Positions 48,601-56,052 of a stretch of DNA of 64,000 nucleotides are shown here, piece after piece. The position numbers and the translations under genes were made by a program. Numbering within the stretch: position 1 is the stretch's first letter; each line of letters begins with the position of its first letter. The notes under the pieces are model-generated. The model was not told where the DNA came from. It saw only the letters and a program-made list of their open reading frames with translations, and made no database searches. Origin of the DNA: an uncultured virus (IMG/VR IMGVR_UViG_3300025128_000023). Taxonomy: Duplodnaviria; Heunggongvirae; Uroviricota; Caudoviricetes. Location of the stretch: IMG/VR virus record IMGVR_UViG_3300025128_000023. One strand, given 5' to 3'.

Positions 48601-51157
48601 GTTAAATGAAACAGTAAATGAAGGAAGAAACACATTAGAAGCACAGAAAAGAAGAAGATATCACAGATATCTACGAGACATTGAAATTGCTTGGGAAAGT
48701 ATCACTGGCAACAAAATAGAAATGTTAGTTCCTAATACTAACTACGATCCCCAGTTACCTGAGACTAAAAGTAATTTGAAGATGGTGGTAAACCCTGATG
48801 CTAAAAACATCATGAAAGAGTTTCAGAATCTTACTGATGCAAAGAAAAGACAAGCTAAGTCATTACCAGCTCGAATGGTAAATAGTATAACTGGATGGAT
48901 TAAAAGAAATCAAATAGCTAACATAATGGACTTAACTACTCTTGTTGAGTATATCACTAAAACTCCTGGTAGAATATTTGGAGGTCCTTTCCAAGATATT
49001 ACTGCTCGACTTGTTGATGATGCATCTATAGTTCATAAAGGTTTTCAAATGGAAGATAGAGCAGAGATTGAAACTAATTTACAAGAGATATATGGTAAAG
49101 GGTGGATAGGTAAAATGGAAAATGATTCTTTACTTAGAGATACTGGTATAGCTACAGACTTAGATAAATATAACAAAGCTAAAGCTGAATACAATAGAAA
49201 CAAAACACCTGAAAACAAAATAAAAATGGAGGCTTTACAAATTCATTTATCTCCATACCAAATGGCTTATCACCTAAATCAATATAGAGATCCTGCAAAC
49301 CATGCTTCATATGAAGCTAAGTATGGCAAAGATTATAAAAGAGTAATGAAAGAGATGAGAGAATATATGGAGGCTAATAATTCAGAGGCTTTGGTGTTAG
49401 CTGACTATATGGTAGAACAAGCATATCCAAGATTGTATGAGAGATATAATAAAACCTATAGAGCAGTATATGGTATGGACTTACCTTGGAGTAAAAACTA
49501 TGGTGGGCAAATATTTAGAGAGGGAGTAGAACCAGGTGAAATTAATTTATTAGCTGATGGAGGAGGAGCATTTGCTGGAATGGCTGCACCATCCTCATCA
49601 AAAGTTAGAAGTAAAAACAAGATACCTATTAGAGATATGGATTTGATGAGAAGCTTTATAGCTTATCAAGAACAAATGAACTGGTTTGCTGCATATGCAC
49701 CATCTTTAAATAGAATAAATAAATTGTTTAGAAACCCTAACATAAGCGAAGCTATTGAATCACAATACCCTGATGGTTTTTATAACATGATACTAAATCA
49801 AATAGAAACTTTAAACACTAAAGGTATCAGTAGCACTCGATCAGAACAGTGGTTGAACATAGCAACTACTTACTTTGTAGTAGGTAGGCTTGGTGTGAAC
49901 CCAACTATCTTCTTGAAACAGTTAGTGTCCTTCCCTACATATGCGAATGATATAGGTTATAGAAACTGGAGTAAAAATGCAGCTCTGAGTATAGGAGAGA
50001 TAAGGACTTTAATTAAAGAAATAATGAATAACTCTGTGTATATACAAGACAGATATGGTAAAGCTATAATTAAAAACTTAGAAAACTTTGTACCGAGCTC
50101 TGACTTCGAATCGAAACTGACTACTGGTACATTCCAAAAAATACTTGATGGAACTATGTGGTTGGTAAAACAAGGAGATAAGGGAGCAATACTTATTGGT
50201 GGAGTACCATTGTATAAATATCATAAAAATAAAATAAGAAAAGAAAACCCAGGTCTTACTGAGCAACAAGTGATTGATAGAGCTATAAGAGAATTTGAAA
50301 TAGCAACAAGACAAACACAGCAGTCTACTGATTTACAAAACAGAGACTATACACAAACAAGAGGTATCTTCCAAAGGACAATGAATATGTTTAAAACCTC
50401 TATCAGATCTTATTTAAGAAAAGAAATTATATATGGAAGAAATATGTATAAGATAATAAGATCGTTTGGTAAAGAAGGAAGAGGTACATTCGGACAAAAC
50501 TTGAGAGGATTATTTACTTATCATGTGGTGCTTCCAGTATTCTTCCAATACTTGTCGGCTGGACTACCTGGTGTATTAGCACCATGGGATGATGAAGATA
50601 AAACTGATCTTACAAGAGCAGCTCTTATTGGTAACTTAAATGCATTGTTTGTTATGGGTGATATATTAGCAATGTTTGCTGATGCTATTACTGGCAAACC
50701 TTGGGAGGCAGATGTAACCGACATACCATTTATTGAACAAATGGAACTGTTAGCTAATTTAGTTAAAAGAATTGAAACCACAGAAGATGAAGAAAAAAGA
50801 AAAGAACTTTATCAGAAGTTCTTTATGGAAGACTTACCAGGTTTCTTTGGTTTAAACTTAAAATCTCTTAAAAGATACAAGAAGAATATAGAACAAATTA
50901 TGAAGGATTCTTCAGATCCTAAAGAAGTTTTATTAAGATTGTTTAACTTTAGTGAGTTCCAAATAAAAAGCGATGAAGAAAGAAAGAGAAAGAAGCCAAA
51001 GAAAATGAGCAAGAGTGATTTGAAAAAATATTTCCCTGAACTCTACAAACAGATAGAAGAAAAAAGAAAGATGCCTGATGATGTACAAGATCAGATAGAT
51101 AAAATTAAAAGAGAACAGAAAAGGTTAAGAGAAGAAGCATTAGAAAAATCATCATGA
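42653..51157 (+). CDS. Giant polyvalent/ejection protein with zincin-like HExxH, winged-helix and N6/N4 DNA methyltransferase domains
   Basis: HEMFH at ~45902; wHTH at ~46340-46480; DPPY at 46583; KPVALL...ILDPFAGSGST at ~46980-47070. Confidence 0.8.
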   Translation: MNNKYLEQLYGWIDSKDSSFSGRYKLEDFVTNMDNEEYAVKMYEWIAKKDPTFQKRYTLDLFIEKVKKKDLSPDDPISESMDDAGLGEDSEEQGTVSPSIPSVSQPSEGESIEFDEESFSINEGEVDKETFQEYDELQQEEQKISADPFENALNNITPELLAQDEEELVPDLAYRFERYGFKFDQAEIFRDFVKISSDQIDPTTGKPYEIKVKVDNKDEAKNLQAAKDIQDFIRKYQKVDTRFEKTEKNLAVKDRLLQSDAEVENQFKILNIEAEAFNNRVQAYIKKRRVYLQKKAQADSLTQEQINTDIGQRFLKDLEQARVMLDGEKADLYAQDASLTNRGYEIDMLVGKYSEMKAKKGSFLGATWNGITYGISRMSESYIDYGITAMVNAMPFSMMLGQPQYEKSFAKRAEELGFFNPDDIKEPFESFEAFKQSFSPEQISEINAYIEDRVLKSSKYDNIEFNDDGSITTKQLDAGTRYSDSYLKDNIGKLTEDGMMNLVREGYMMAIGNESTTAEYSDMMREGFWGGAWLGLAESLPAFIGPGGWVGRTAKMFAQVDSHLRDEMMRDPDFADISEAERKAVSLPIAVTVGALEYFGLRNVMNQKGLLNKYVLKGLQKYKGAHQTQGLTFRQVVLNEIESDIAKGVLIIGAGGLAEFETGVAQEIADISGKVIYNEIKEKDMFQTPESVRDAIGQIMYAGAQEAVGGWVMSTVPAVAAGYVGKDYTAISDPMFETFEDISNDGTFYKAYVQKIKNDINKGDINKAEGQSLLDAVQDIRGIVPKVPQDLDTESRKKAVGLLYNKAILQRQREAIAPELRGKIDKEIGKIDTQLKNLIEGASAVKGTEANIEQEEEITDTQAKQYIEKENKTRVKLGLPPIKMSPKSIEEAKVELKKQRDASKEQSPVQETGEVESQSTEEVAEGVPDPVSESTGTSNQKGKGKVTPKKEAEIEEEVGDIQEFVGETETETEGDVVTPTTELGVQEEVDIETENVTKDGKVKRSKSTTPIETEVEGKFDGIVKFATRAAKAVKRILPKVNIVLHESSENFQKATGKTGRGFYNPTDQTIHVDLTKGSNRTVAHEMFHALLLNSVKTNAQARELTKRMVKAVAKAKGLTKEQKQKIDNFIKNYDTDIQNEEKLAEILGVLADGYTKLDAPTKSRIRQWVEKIAAKLGLDISSFTQSDQDIVDLMNTVAQKIRTGETITQKDVKALKPKKKTQKQKVKDVLGKVEVATIKQITEITGLPEPTVRRILGQGAKSGELSRVAAGVYTLKTKDGKTAAVVQGANALAEIKKLVKEGAKFDMIFLDPPYIIPGARGGNRNLTKYKLISPEQFNEFVGDVVKLLQNPDTPVFFMFSASKSNKKQLAKYYDAFTKNGLKPSSVAAQFGKLDKQGKPKQMFGIPLKEWIFAFSQSGNQRTDMDFSFDREYAFGQDSNYQTAKPVALLEAIIKASTKAGELILDPFAGSGSTAKAAVKTGRSVVTIEENVEQAENIKKEVKQEQQKKKEKGDQLDIFEGREQKESKPIADRYMMSARGFINPRALFDTSKLRRELENIGMRLGTARNEFTGEITGYYFQKVSKRGKPYFYNPYGRQQKDIDKAGSGISNIAELIVKLRETNFNPEAIKKYLLEKKKIATNVVNKLTDASTFVLSRMPESFQKLKGGFLTGVRLFEKISKYKDRLTNTNLTSYGKSIVELQQELEVLQSQKNKKRAIAAKQKEIDNLKAKNPGAKIYKLTNTEIMTKTIEFMRKQPEYIAVKDKKGLSVLQAQMEMQLEKSFYQAPTKDMANQIRLARAVVNMQTKNVKSLERVKSALRNFIRVVFPADMYTKPETLKLVQEVQNATLENIKEVKSKLMDMATTKIVKGLESKIEKLLNKDFAKVEGGRLKAKLVDSQTIKLLEQVKSIFSNVRNIKDNPKKIEALIQKNLDRIGKLQSQSLQNENTFAEIAALEMINDYANTQLEEDSSFEKVAGLNRVFEQLNETVNEGRNTLEAQKRRRYHRYLRDIEIAWESITGNKIEMLVPNTNYDPQLPETKSNLKMVVNPDAKNIMKEFQNLTDAKKRQAKSLPARMVNSITGWIKRNQIANIMDLTTLVEYITKTPGRIFGGPFQDITARLVDDASIVHKGFQMEDRAEIETNLQEIYGKGWIGKMENDSLLRDTGIATDLDKYNKAKAEYNRNKTPENKIKMEALQIHLSPYQMAYHLNQYRDPANHASYEAKYGKDYKRVMKEMREYMEANNSEALVLADYMVEQAYPRLYERYNKTYRAVYGMDLPWSKNYGGQIFREGVEPGEINLLADGGGAFAGMAAPSSSKVRSKNKIPIRDMDLMRSFIAYQEQMNWFAAYAPSLNRINKLFRNPNISEAIESQYPDGFYNMILNQIETLNTKGISSTRSEQWLNIATTYFVVGRLGVNPTIFLKQLVSFPTYANDIGYRNWSKNAALSIGEIRTLIKEIMNNSVYIQDRYGKAIIKNLENFVPSSDFESKLTTGTFQKILDGTMWLVKQGDKGAILIGGVPLYKYHKNKIRKENPGLTEQQVIDRAIREFEIATRQTQQSTDLQNRDYTQTRGIFQRTMNMFKTSIRSYLRKEIIYGRNMYKIIRSFGKEGRGTFGQNLRGLFTYHVVLPVFFQYLSAGLPGVLAPWDDEDKTDLTRAALIGNLNALFVMGDILAMFADAITGKPWEADVTDIPFIEQMELLANLVKRIETTEDEEKRKELYQKFFMEDLPGFFGLNLKSLKRYKKNIEQIMKDSSDPKEVLLRLFNFSEFQIKSDEERKRKKPKKMSKSDLKKYFPELYKQIEEKRKMPDDVQDQIDKIKREQKRLREEALEKSS
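45354..45515 (+). CDS. Overprinted small basic protein (53 aa) in the +1 frame
   Basis: MPVKSKAQFRKLAKSNPNLLKKWLKEYPTQYQSLPERVTKKAKVKLPRRKRRK; A-rich leader; locally raised GC. Confidence 0.6.
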   Translation: MPVKSKAQFRKLAKSNPNLLKKWLKEYPTQYQSLPERVTKKAKVKLPRRKRRK

Positions 51158-51429
51158 AAAAACTAAAACAATTTAGTATAGAAGACTTTGATGAATACTC
51201 TTGTATGTATAACAGTTATTTGGTTCTAACTGGTAAAGCTACTTATGAAGAGATATTAGAAAAAGATGATGGGGCGGCTTTTATTTTTAACCCTACCAAA
51301 CATTATGTTCCCTTAGATGATGATGCCTATGATATACTTATGGAATACTTTAGCGAAATAGAAGAGTATGAAATGTGTGGAGAACTATCCAAAGCTAAAT
51401 CTTTAGCATCTGTAATATCTCTTATTTAA
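51154..51429 (+). CDS. Hypothetical protein
   Basis: ATGA-coupled ORF; C-terminal YF...EEYE.C..L. Confidence 0.7.
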   Translation: MKKLKQFSIEDFDEYSCMYNSYLVLTGKATYEEILEKDDGAAFIFNPTKHYVPLDDDAYDILMEYFSEIEEYEMCGELSKAKSLASVISLI

Positions 51430-51745
51430 AATTATGCTTATAATTTTTTCGTTCTGCTTCTAACTTATAATGTTGGAATGCAAAGAAACCATGTACATGA
51501 GAATCAGTTGGAAAGAAATACTTCCAACCTTTCGATCTTCCTTTATTAATATAATAACAAAAAGCTACTGCTAATTTACCAGTTGATTTCTTAAAATTAA
51601 TTACTGCAGAATCATCAGAGATAGGGATGACTTCATCAACTAAGAAGGTTTCGTTGTTGACATTACCTGATCTGTTAAAGTTAGAAAATCTTTCTGCTAC
51701 TGTCGTAGCAAATTGACTGAGCTCTACCACTCGTTCTTTTCTCAT
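51422..51745 (-). CDS. Hypothetical protein
   Basis: ORF. Confidence 0.75.
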   Translation of the reverse strand: MRKERVVELSQFATTVAERFSNFNRSGNVNNETFLVDEVIPISDDSAVINFKKSTGKLAVAFCYYINKGRSKGWKYFFPTDSHVHGFFAFQHYKLEAERKNYKHNFK

Positions 51746-51933
51746 ATTTCATCGGTTAAGGACTGAATTAATTCAGCACAAACCTTACAGATGTGTTGAG
51801 CATGTAGCTTTGCAGCTTCATGGTCTCTATCCATTAAATCCTCATATAGTTCATCGACAGAGTCGTGTAGACTATTAGACACATGGTTAACATGTGCTAT
51901 TGCATTTAAATCATCTGCCGATATTTTGGCCAT
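51742..51933 (-). CDS. Hypothetical protein
   Basis: ORF with ATGA overlap. Confidence 0.7.
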   Translation of the reverse strand: MAKISADDLNAIAHVNHVSNSLHDSVDELYEDLMDRDHEAAKLHAQHICKVCAELIQSLTDEI

Positions 51934-51936
51934 CTA

Positions 51937-52587
51937 TTAATCCATTGATGTTAGTAACAATGTCCCAATTGCTGCATCAATCTTTTTGATGGTTCTGTAT
52001 ATTATTTTTGATTTTTGTTTTACTTCTTTGCGTTCACTCATTGTTGAATCACACCCTAAGTTACAATATAAATTGCAATCTACTTGTAAAAGTGTATCAA
52101 TTTTTCTTTTTTTAGACCAAGTTTTATATTCATAGATTTTTTCCGCATCATCAACAGTGTATTTACAATCTTTTTTTGCCCATACTTCCATATTATCTAT
52201 TTTAGTTTTCAAAAAGTTATCATTTAAATTAAGGATTTCATTTTGTTTTTCCAAAGATTTGAGTCTTTTTTGTAATTTATTTAGAACATTATTAGGATTT
52301 TCTTGTACAATTCCACTCCATTCCTCTAAAATAGAGAGGTATTTGACTTCTAAATGAGGATTAGCTTTTATCATATATGGAAACTCTTTCAGTGCATGAA
52401 TGATTGTTGCATGGTTTTTAGAAAAGACATTAGCTATGTCTTTTAGTTTATAACTACCATACCTTCTCAGTATTGTGTATATAATAGCACGAGCTTCTAT
52501 GTATCTTATTTGTCTGCTTTTAGAAAATATATCAGGCAACAATAGATGTTGTGATGTGATGTTGATTAATGAGTCTATTTTTTTCAT
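51937..52587 (-). CDS. Protein with DnaA domain IV-like HTH
   Basis: KSRQIRYIEARAI...LKDIANVFSKNHATIIHA. Confidence 0.75.
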   Translation of the reverse strand: MKKIDSLINITSQHLLLPDIFSKSRQIRYIEARAIIYTILRRYGSYKLKDIANVFSKNHATIIHALKEFPYMIKANPHLEVKYLSILEEWSGIVQENPNNVLNKLQKRLKSLEKQNEILNLNDNFLKTKIDNMEVWAKKDCKYTVDDAEKIYEYKTWSKKRKIDTLLQVDCNLYCNLGCDSTMSERKEVKQKSKIIYRTIKKIDAAIGTLLLTSMD

Positions 52588-52903
52588 TTGATTTGATATA
52601 ACTATTTAAATTAATTAAGTCTAAGTAATCATCTAATGTAATCATTATTAAATTACTTAGTGTTGTAACCATCCCAGGTTCTTTTACTATCTCAAGAGCA
52701 AAGGGTTGTGCCACATTATCTATATGAACTACACCACCTAATACATAGGATCTTAATTCATTTGGTGGAAGATCGGTTACATGATCTTCTATAAACTTTC
52801 CTATTTTAAAAGCAACCAATGGATGTAATATATGAAGTGCATCCATAAAATCATCTTCCATTTCATATCCACTATCCTTTATATATTTCTGTTCTAACAC
52901 CAT
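52532..52903 (-). CDS. Hypothetical protein
   Basis: ORF; start uncertain. Confidence 0.6.
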   Translation of the reverse strand: MVLEQKYIKDSGYEMEDDFMDALHILHPLVAFKIGKFIEDHVTDLPPNELRSYVLGGVVHIDNVAQPFALEIVKEPGMVTTLSNLIMITLDDYLDLINLNSYIKSNEKNRLINQHHITTSIVA

Positions 52904-53111
52904 GGTTGTCTAATTCTTTTAATCTATACTCTTGCAACTTAGACACTTTACCTTCTGGTTTTTTTATTTCAGAAAACAAAACATCACAGTTTGGTGGTAT
53001 AGCTATTAAATCTGGTATGCCATTCTTGTTGGTCTTTAATAATTTAATAACATAGTACCCTTCATCCTCTAACTCTTTAATTCTTTTAGCTTGTATCTTC
53101 TGCTCTGTCAT
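52872..53111 (-). CDS. VRR-NUC-like nuclease
   Basis: E..IQ...GIPDL...FSEIKKPEGKVSKLQ. Confidence 0.8.
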   Translation of the reverse strand: MTEQKIQAKRIKELEDEGYYVIKLLKTNKNGIPDLIAIPPNCDVLFSEIKKPEGKVSKLQEYRLKELDNHGVRTEIYKG

Positions 53112-53114
53112 ATT

Positions 53115-53477
53115 TTAATTACCTCTTTTACCAGGATTAACTGGGGTTGGGGGAGGGTTTACTCCACTTGGAGCAGGCTTAATAACTGGCTGAGAATTAT
53201 TGTTTGAATTACTATTATTAGGTATTGGGTTGGGTTTATTCCAACTTGGGGAATAAGTTGGAGCACCATTCCAATGATAATAATTCCAATATCTTGGATA
53301 GGAATGAACATTATCATAAATACGATATATGTTTGTTGGCTTGATGGCTTCAATAGGAATTTTTAAAGTATCACCTTCTTCTGTTACAGCTAAGACATGA
53401 CTTACCTTTATATCCTTTTGGTAATATATAGGTGAACAACCTATAAACAACAACATAAAAATTATATACTTTCTCAT
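53115..53477 (-). CDS. Putative lipoprotein
   Basis: MRKYIIFMLLFIGC lipobox; Pro/Asn-rich tail. Confidence 0.65.
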   Translation of the reverse strand: MRKYIIFMLLFIGCSPIYYQKDIKVSHVLAVTEEGDTLKIPIEAIKPTNIYRIYDNVHSYPRYWNYYHWNGAPTYSPSWNKPNPIPNNSNSNNNSQPVIKPAPSGVNPPPTPVNPGKRGN

Positions 53478-53478
53478 A

Positions 53479-54711
53479 CTACAAAGTTAATAAATCCTTT
53501 TTGAAGTGAGTTAGCGTGTAATCCTTCTTCTTAACTACTGCTTTGTATATCTGATCCTCAATGCCTCCCTTGGAAAAAATCCAATATACTTTATTATATA
53601 ACCTATCCTTTGTAGTCATCCTATCTCGTGACTGCCAGTAACTCGTAGCACTAAAGTCAATGTTATAATATACTAATGCTACTGCTTGTTTTAAACTTAT
53701 ACCTTCTCTTCCACTTACTATCTGTAAAGCAATGCTTTTGTCAGTGTTACAAAACTCTTCCAGTGTGTTACATATTGATTCACCAAACACATCTTTGATA
53801 GCTTCATACTCTGCAGTAAACTTATAGAAGATAGCAATCTTTTTATTTTTAAACATACTTTGTATAAACTTAGCTTTGGTTAAATCTAATACCATAGACT
53901 TACCACTCTCAAACTTTACAGTACCTGAATATAGTTGATGTGTTTTAGACATCAGCTTCACTGCTGTGTCGGCTAACACCACCTGATCCTTACCTTCTAT
54001 AACTCTATCAGTGCTAAGTCTTTTAATTATATTTCTTAAATCACTGGGCACATCAACATATAATATTTCCTCATTTGTTTGAACTTTGAATCCAGCTTCT
54101 TTCTGTGTATAAGATATAGTATATGGCTTCATCATATCTATAATAGATTGAAGTCCTTTACTGTAATCATTAATATAATTACCATTAATTTTTCTTTGTC
54201 GTACATCCACATATGTTTTAGCAAATGCATAGAAGTTATTAAACTTTCTAAAAGGATTGTTTCGTATTCCACACACTTGATGATACATCTGACTGTATGA
54301 TTCAGGAGTAGGAGTGCCTGAAAGCAGTATGGTATATGGCTCATGAGACAGTAATATATCCATAATCTGTCTCGCCCTCTTACTTTTTTTAGGAAAAGCA
54401 CCTAAAGTGTGTGCTTCATCACAAATTAATGCGTCCCATGAGACATCACTTGGAACTTTATGAAGACTCTCGTAGTTAATTACTAATAAATTATAAGTGT
54501 GGTTTAATTGTTGATAGTCATTCTCAATACTTGAGATAGCTTTTTTCTTAGTAACAAATAGACAGTTCGTGACTGGCAGAAGGCTCACCATACTCAAACT
54601 CGTAGCTGTCTTACCAGTACGAACCTCCATAGCAAGATACAAAAATTTATGATCTTCTAATATAGGTAAACCTTTATTTACTATCTGTTGTTGGTAATCT
54701 CTTAGCTTCAA
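53479..54711 (-). CDS. SF2 (SNF2-like) helicase
   Basis: LRDYQ, RTGKT, DEAH, LSGTP, GREGISL and QSRDR motifs. Confidence 0.85.
   Translation of the reverse strand: MKLRDYQQQIVNKGLPILEDHKFLYLAMEVRTGKTATSLSMVSLLPVTNCLFVTKKKAISSIENDYQQLNHTYNLLVINYESLHKVPSDVSWDALICDEAHTLGAFPKKSKRARQIMDILLSHEPYTILLSGTPTPESYSQMYHQVCGIRNNPFRKFNNFYAFAKTYVDVRQRKINGNYINDYSKGLQSIIDMMKPYTISYTQKEAGFKVQTNEEILYVDVPSDLRNIIKRLSTDRVIEGKDQVVLADTAVKLMSKTHQLYSGTVKFESGKSMVLDLTKAKFIQSMFKNKKIAIFYKFTAEYEAIKDVFGESICNTLEEFCNTDKSIALQIVSGREGISLKQAVALVYYNIDFSATSYWQSRDRMTTKDRLYNKVYWIFSKGGIEDQIYKAVVKKKDYTLTHFKKDLLTL
53482..53489 (-). promoter_or_regulatory. -7 promoter element TAACTTTG
   Basis: TAnnTTTG 4 nt upstream of the lipoprotein ATG. 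Confidence 0.5.
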
Positions 54712-56051
54712 AGTATATCTTTTAATTGTTGAACAACTGCATATACCACATCTACTGTCACTGCATTACCACATGTCTTATATCTTTGAGTATTACTAAC
54801 TGTTTTTATTTCTCCATTATAATCCCCCATTTTTGTCCAATCATCAGGAAAACCCTGTAGTCTTTCACATTCAATAGGTGTTAATCTTCTTATTTTACCA
54901 GTAGTTTTCTCTAATTTTTTTAACATAGACAAATACTCTGAAGAAGATCCTCCTCTTCCTATTGCCCCAGTAAGTGTGCCACTTACTGATTCATCTACCT
55001 TTAAGTTGTCCATTTTATCTTGTTGATTATCATTTAATATGATTCCATTTGGCTCAGAAGAACGAATAGTAAAAGCATCATCCCCTTCTTGTTTGATAGC
55101 ATTACCATAGTTTTTAGAATTACCTAATTGTGTAGGCACTACCACACTATCCAAGGGGTGTGTAGTTACTGCATTAGAAACATCATCTTCCCTAATTTCT
55201 AATCTCTTAGACCTATTATCTTCTTCTCCTTTAGGTTTTTGTCTTGGGTAAGTTCTTAGTGCTCCTGAAATAGCCAGTGGTGGCATAGTGCTAATATCTT
55301 TTTCACTATGTCTTCTTGCAGATAAACAAGGGCTTTCATCATCTTCTCTTATTCTCAGACCTTCATCATTTCGATAGTCTGCCATCTTTACATAAGTATC
55401 AGAAGAGCCCATCTTCCAATACCTGGCAGTTATTGTTCGTGCAGATCGAGGTCTCCCACTTGAAAGTTCCCCTTCTTTGTCCCCTGTCGATCCATTAGGA
55501 ACTGTGTCATCTTTTTGGATAGGAAAAATTCCTTTCCAATCTCTTGGGGGGTCTGCAGAATATCCGACAAGGTAGATTCTCTCTCTGTTTTGGGGTAAAA
55601 ACCACGATGTATTACACAGTTGCCATTCAAGTCTATAGCCCCCAATGTCGGTAAAGGCTTGGAGGATTGCCGCAAAGTCTTCGCCAGAGTTTGAGGAGAA
55701 AGTTCCTTTAACATTTTCCCAGATAAAAACTCTTGGTCTGCATTCCCGAATGAGCCTAATTGCTTCAAGGATAAGGCTTGATCTTTCGCCATCCATCCCC
55801 CTACGCTTTCCTGCCAAGCTAAAGTCTTGACAAGGGCTTCCAAAGGTGATAACATCGATTTTTGGTAATTGTTCTCTTCGAACATCTGTAACTGATCCGA
55901 CATATGTACTATTTTTAAAGTTATGTTTATATATTGCTATAGCATGTTGGTCTACCTCAGAAAAATAAGAGTCACATTCATAGCCAGCTCTTTCAAATCC
56001 AAGTTTAAAACCTCCAATACCTGAAAATAAATCTAATATATTTAATTTCAT
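54708..56051 (-). CDS. DNA cytosine-5 methyltransferase
   Basis: DLFSGIGG, GSPCQDFS, ENVKG, PQNRERIY, RRLTPIECERLQGFP and GNAV motifs. Confidence 0.95.
   Translation of the reverse strand: MKLNILDLFSGIGGFKLGFERAGYECDSYFSEVDQHAIAIYKHNFKNSTYVGSVTDVRREQLPKIDVITFGSPCQDFSLAGKRRGMDGERSSLILEAIRLIRECRPRVFIWENVKGTFSSNSGEDFAAILQAFTDIGGYRLEWQLCNTSWFLPQNRERIYLVGYSADPPRDWKGIFPIQKDDTVPNGSTGDKEGELSSGRPRSARTITARYWKMGSSDTYVKMADYRNDEGLRIREDDESPCLSARRHSEKDISTMPPLAISGALRTYPRQKPKGEEDNRSKRLEIREDDVSNAVTTHPLDSVVVPTQLGNSKNYGNAIKQEGDDAFTIRSSEPNGIILNDNQQDKMDNLKVDESVSGTLTGAIGRGGSSSEYLSMLKKLEKTTGKIRRLTPIECERLQGFPDDWTKMGDYNGEIKTVSNTQRYKTCGNAVTVDVVYAVVQQLKDIL
55430..55903 (-). CDS. Nested alternative-frame ORF inside the C5 methylase (putative beta-polypeptide)
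   Basis: 157-codon open frame with ESTLSDILQ...KEFFLS. Confidence 0.5.
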   Translation of the reverse strand: MSDQLQMFEENNYQKSMLSPLEALVKTLAWQESVGGWMAKDQALSLKQLGSFGNADQEFLSGKMLKELSPQTLAKTLRQSSKPLPTLGAIDLNGNCVIHRGFYPKTERESTLSDILQTPQEIGKEFFLSKKMTQFLMDRQGTKKGNFQVGDLDLHEQ

Positions 56052-56052
56052 A

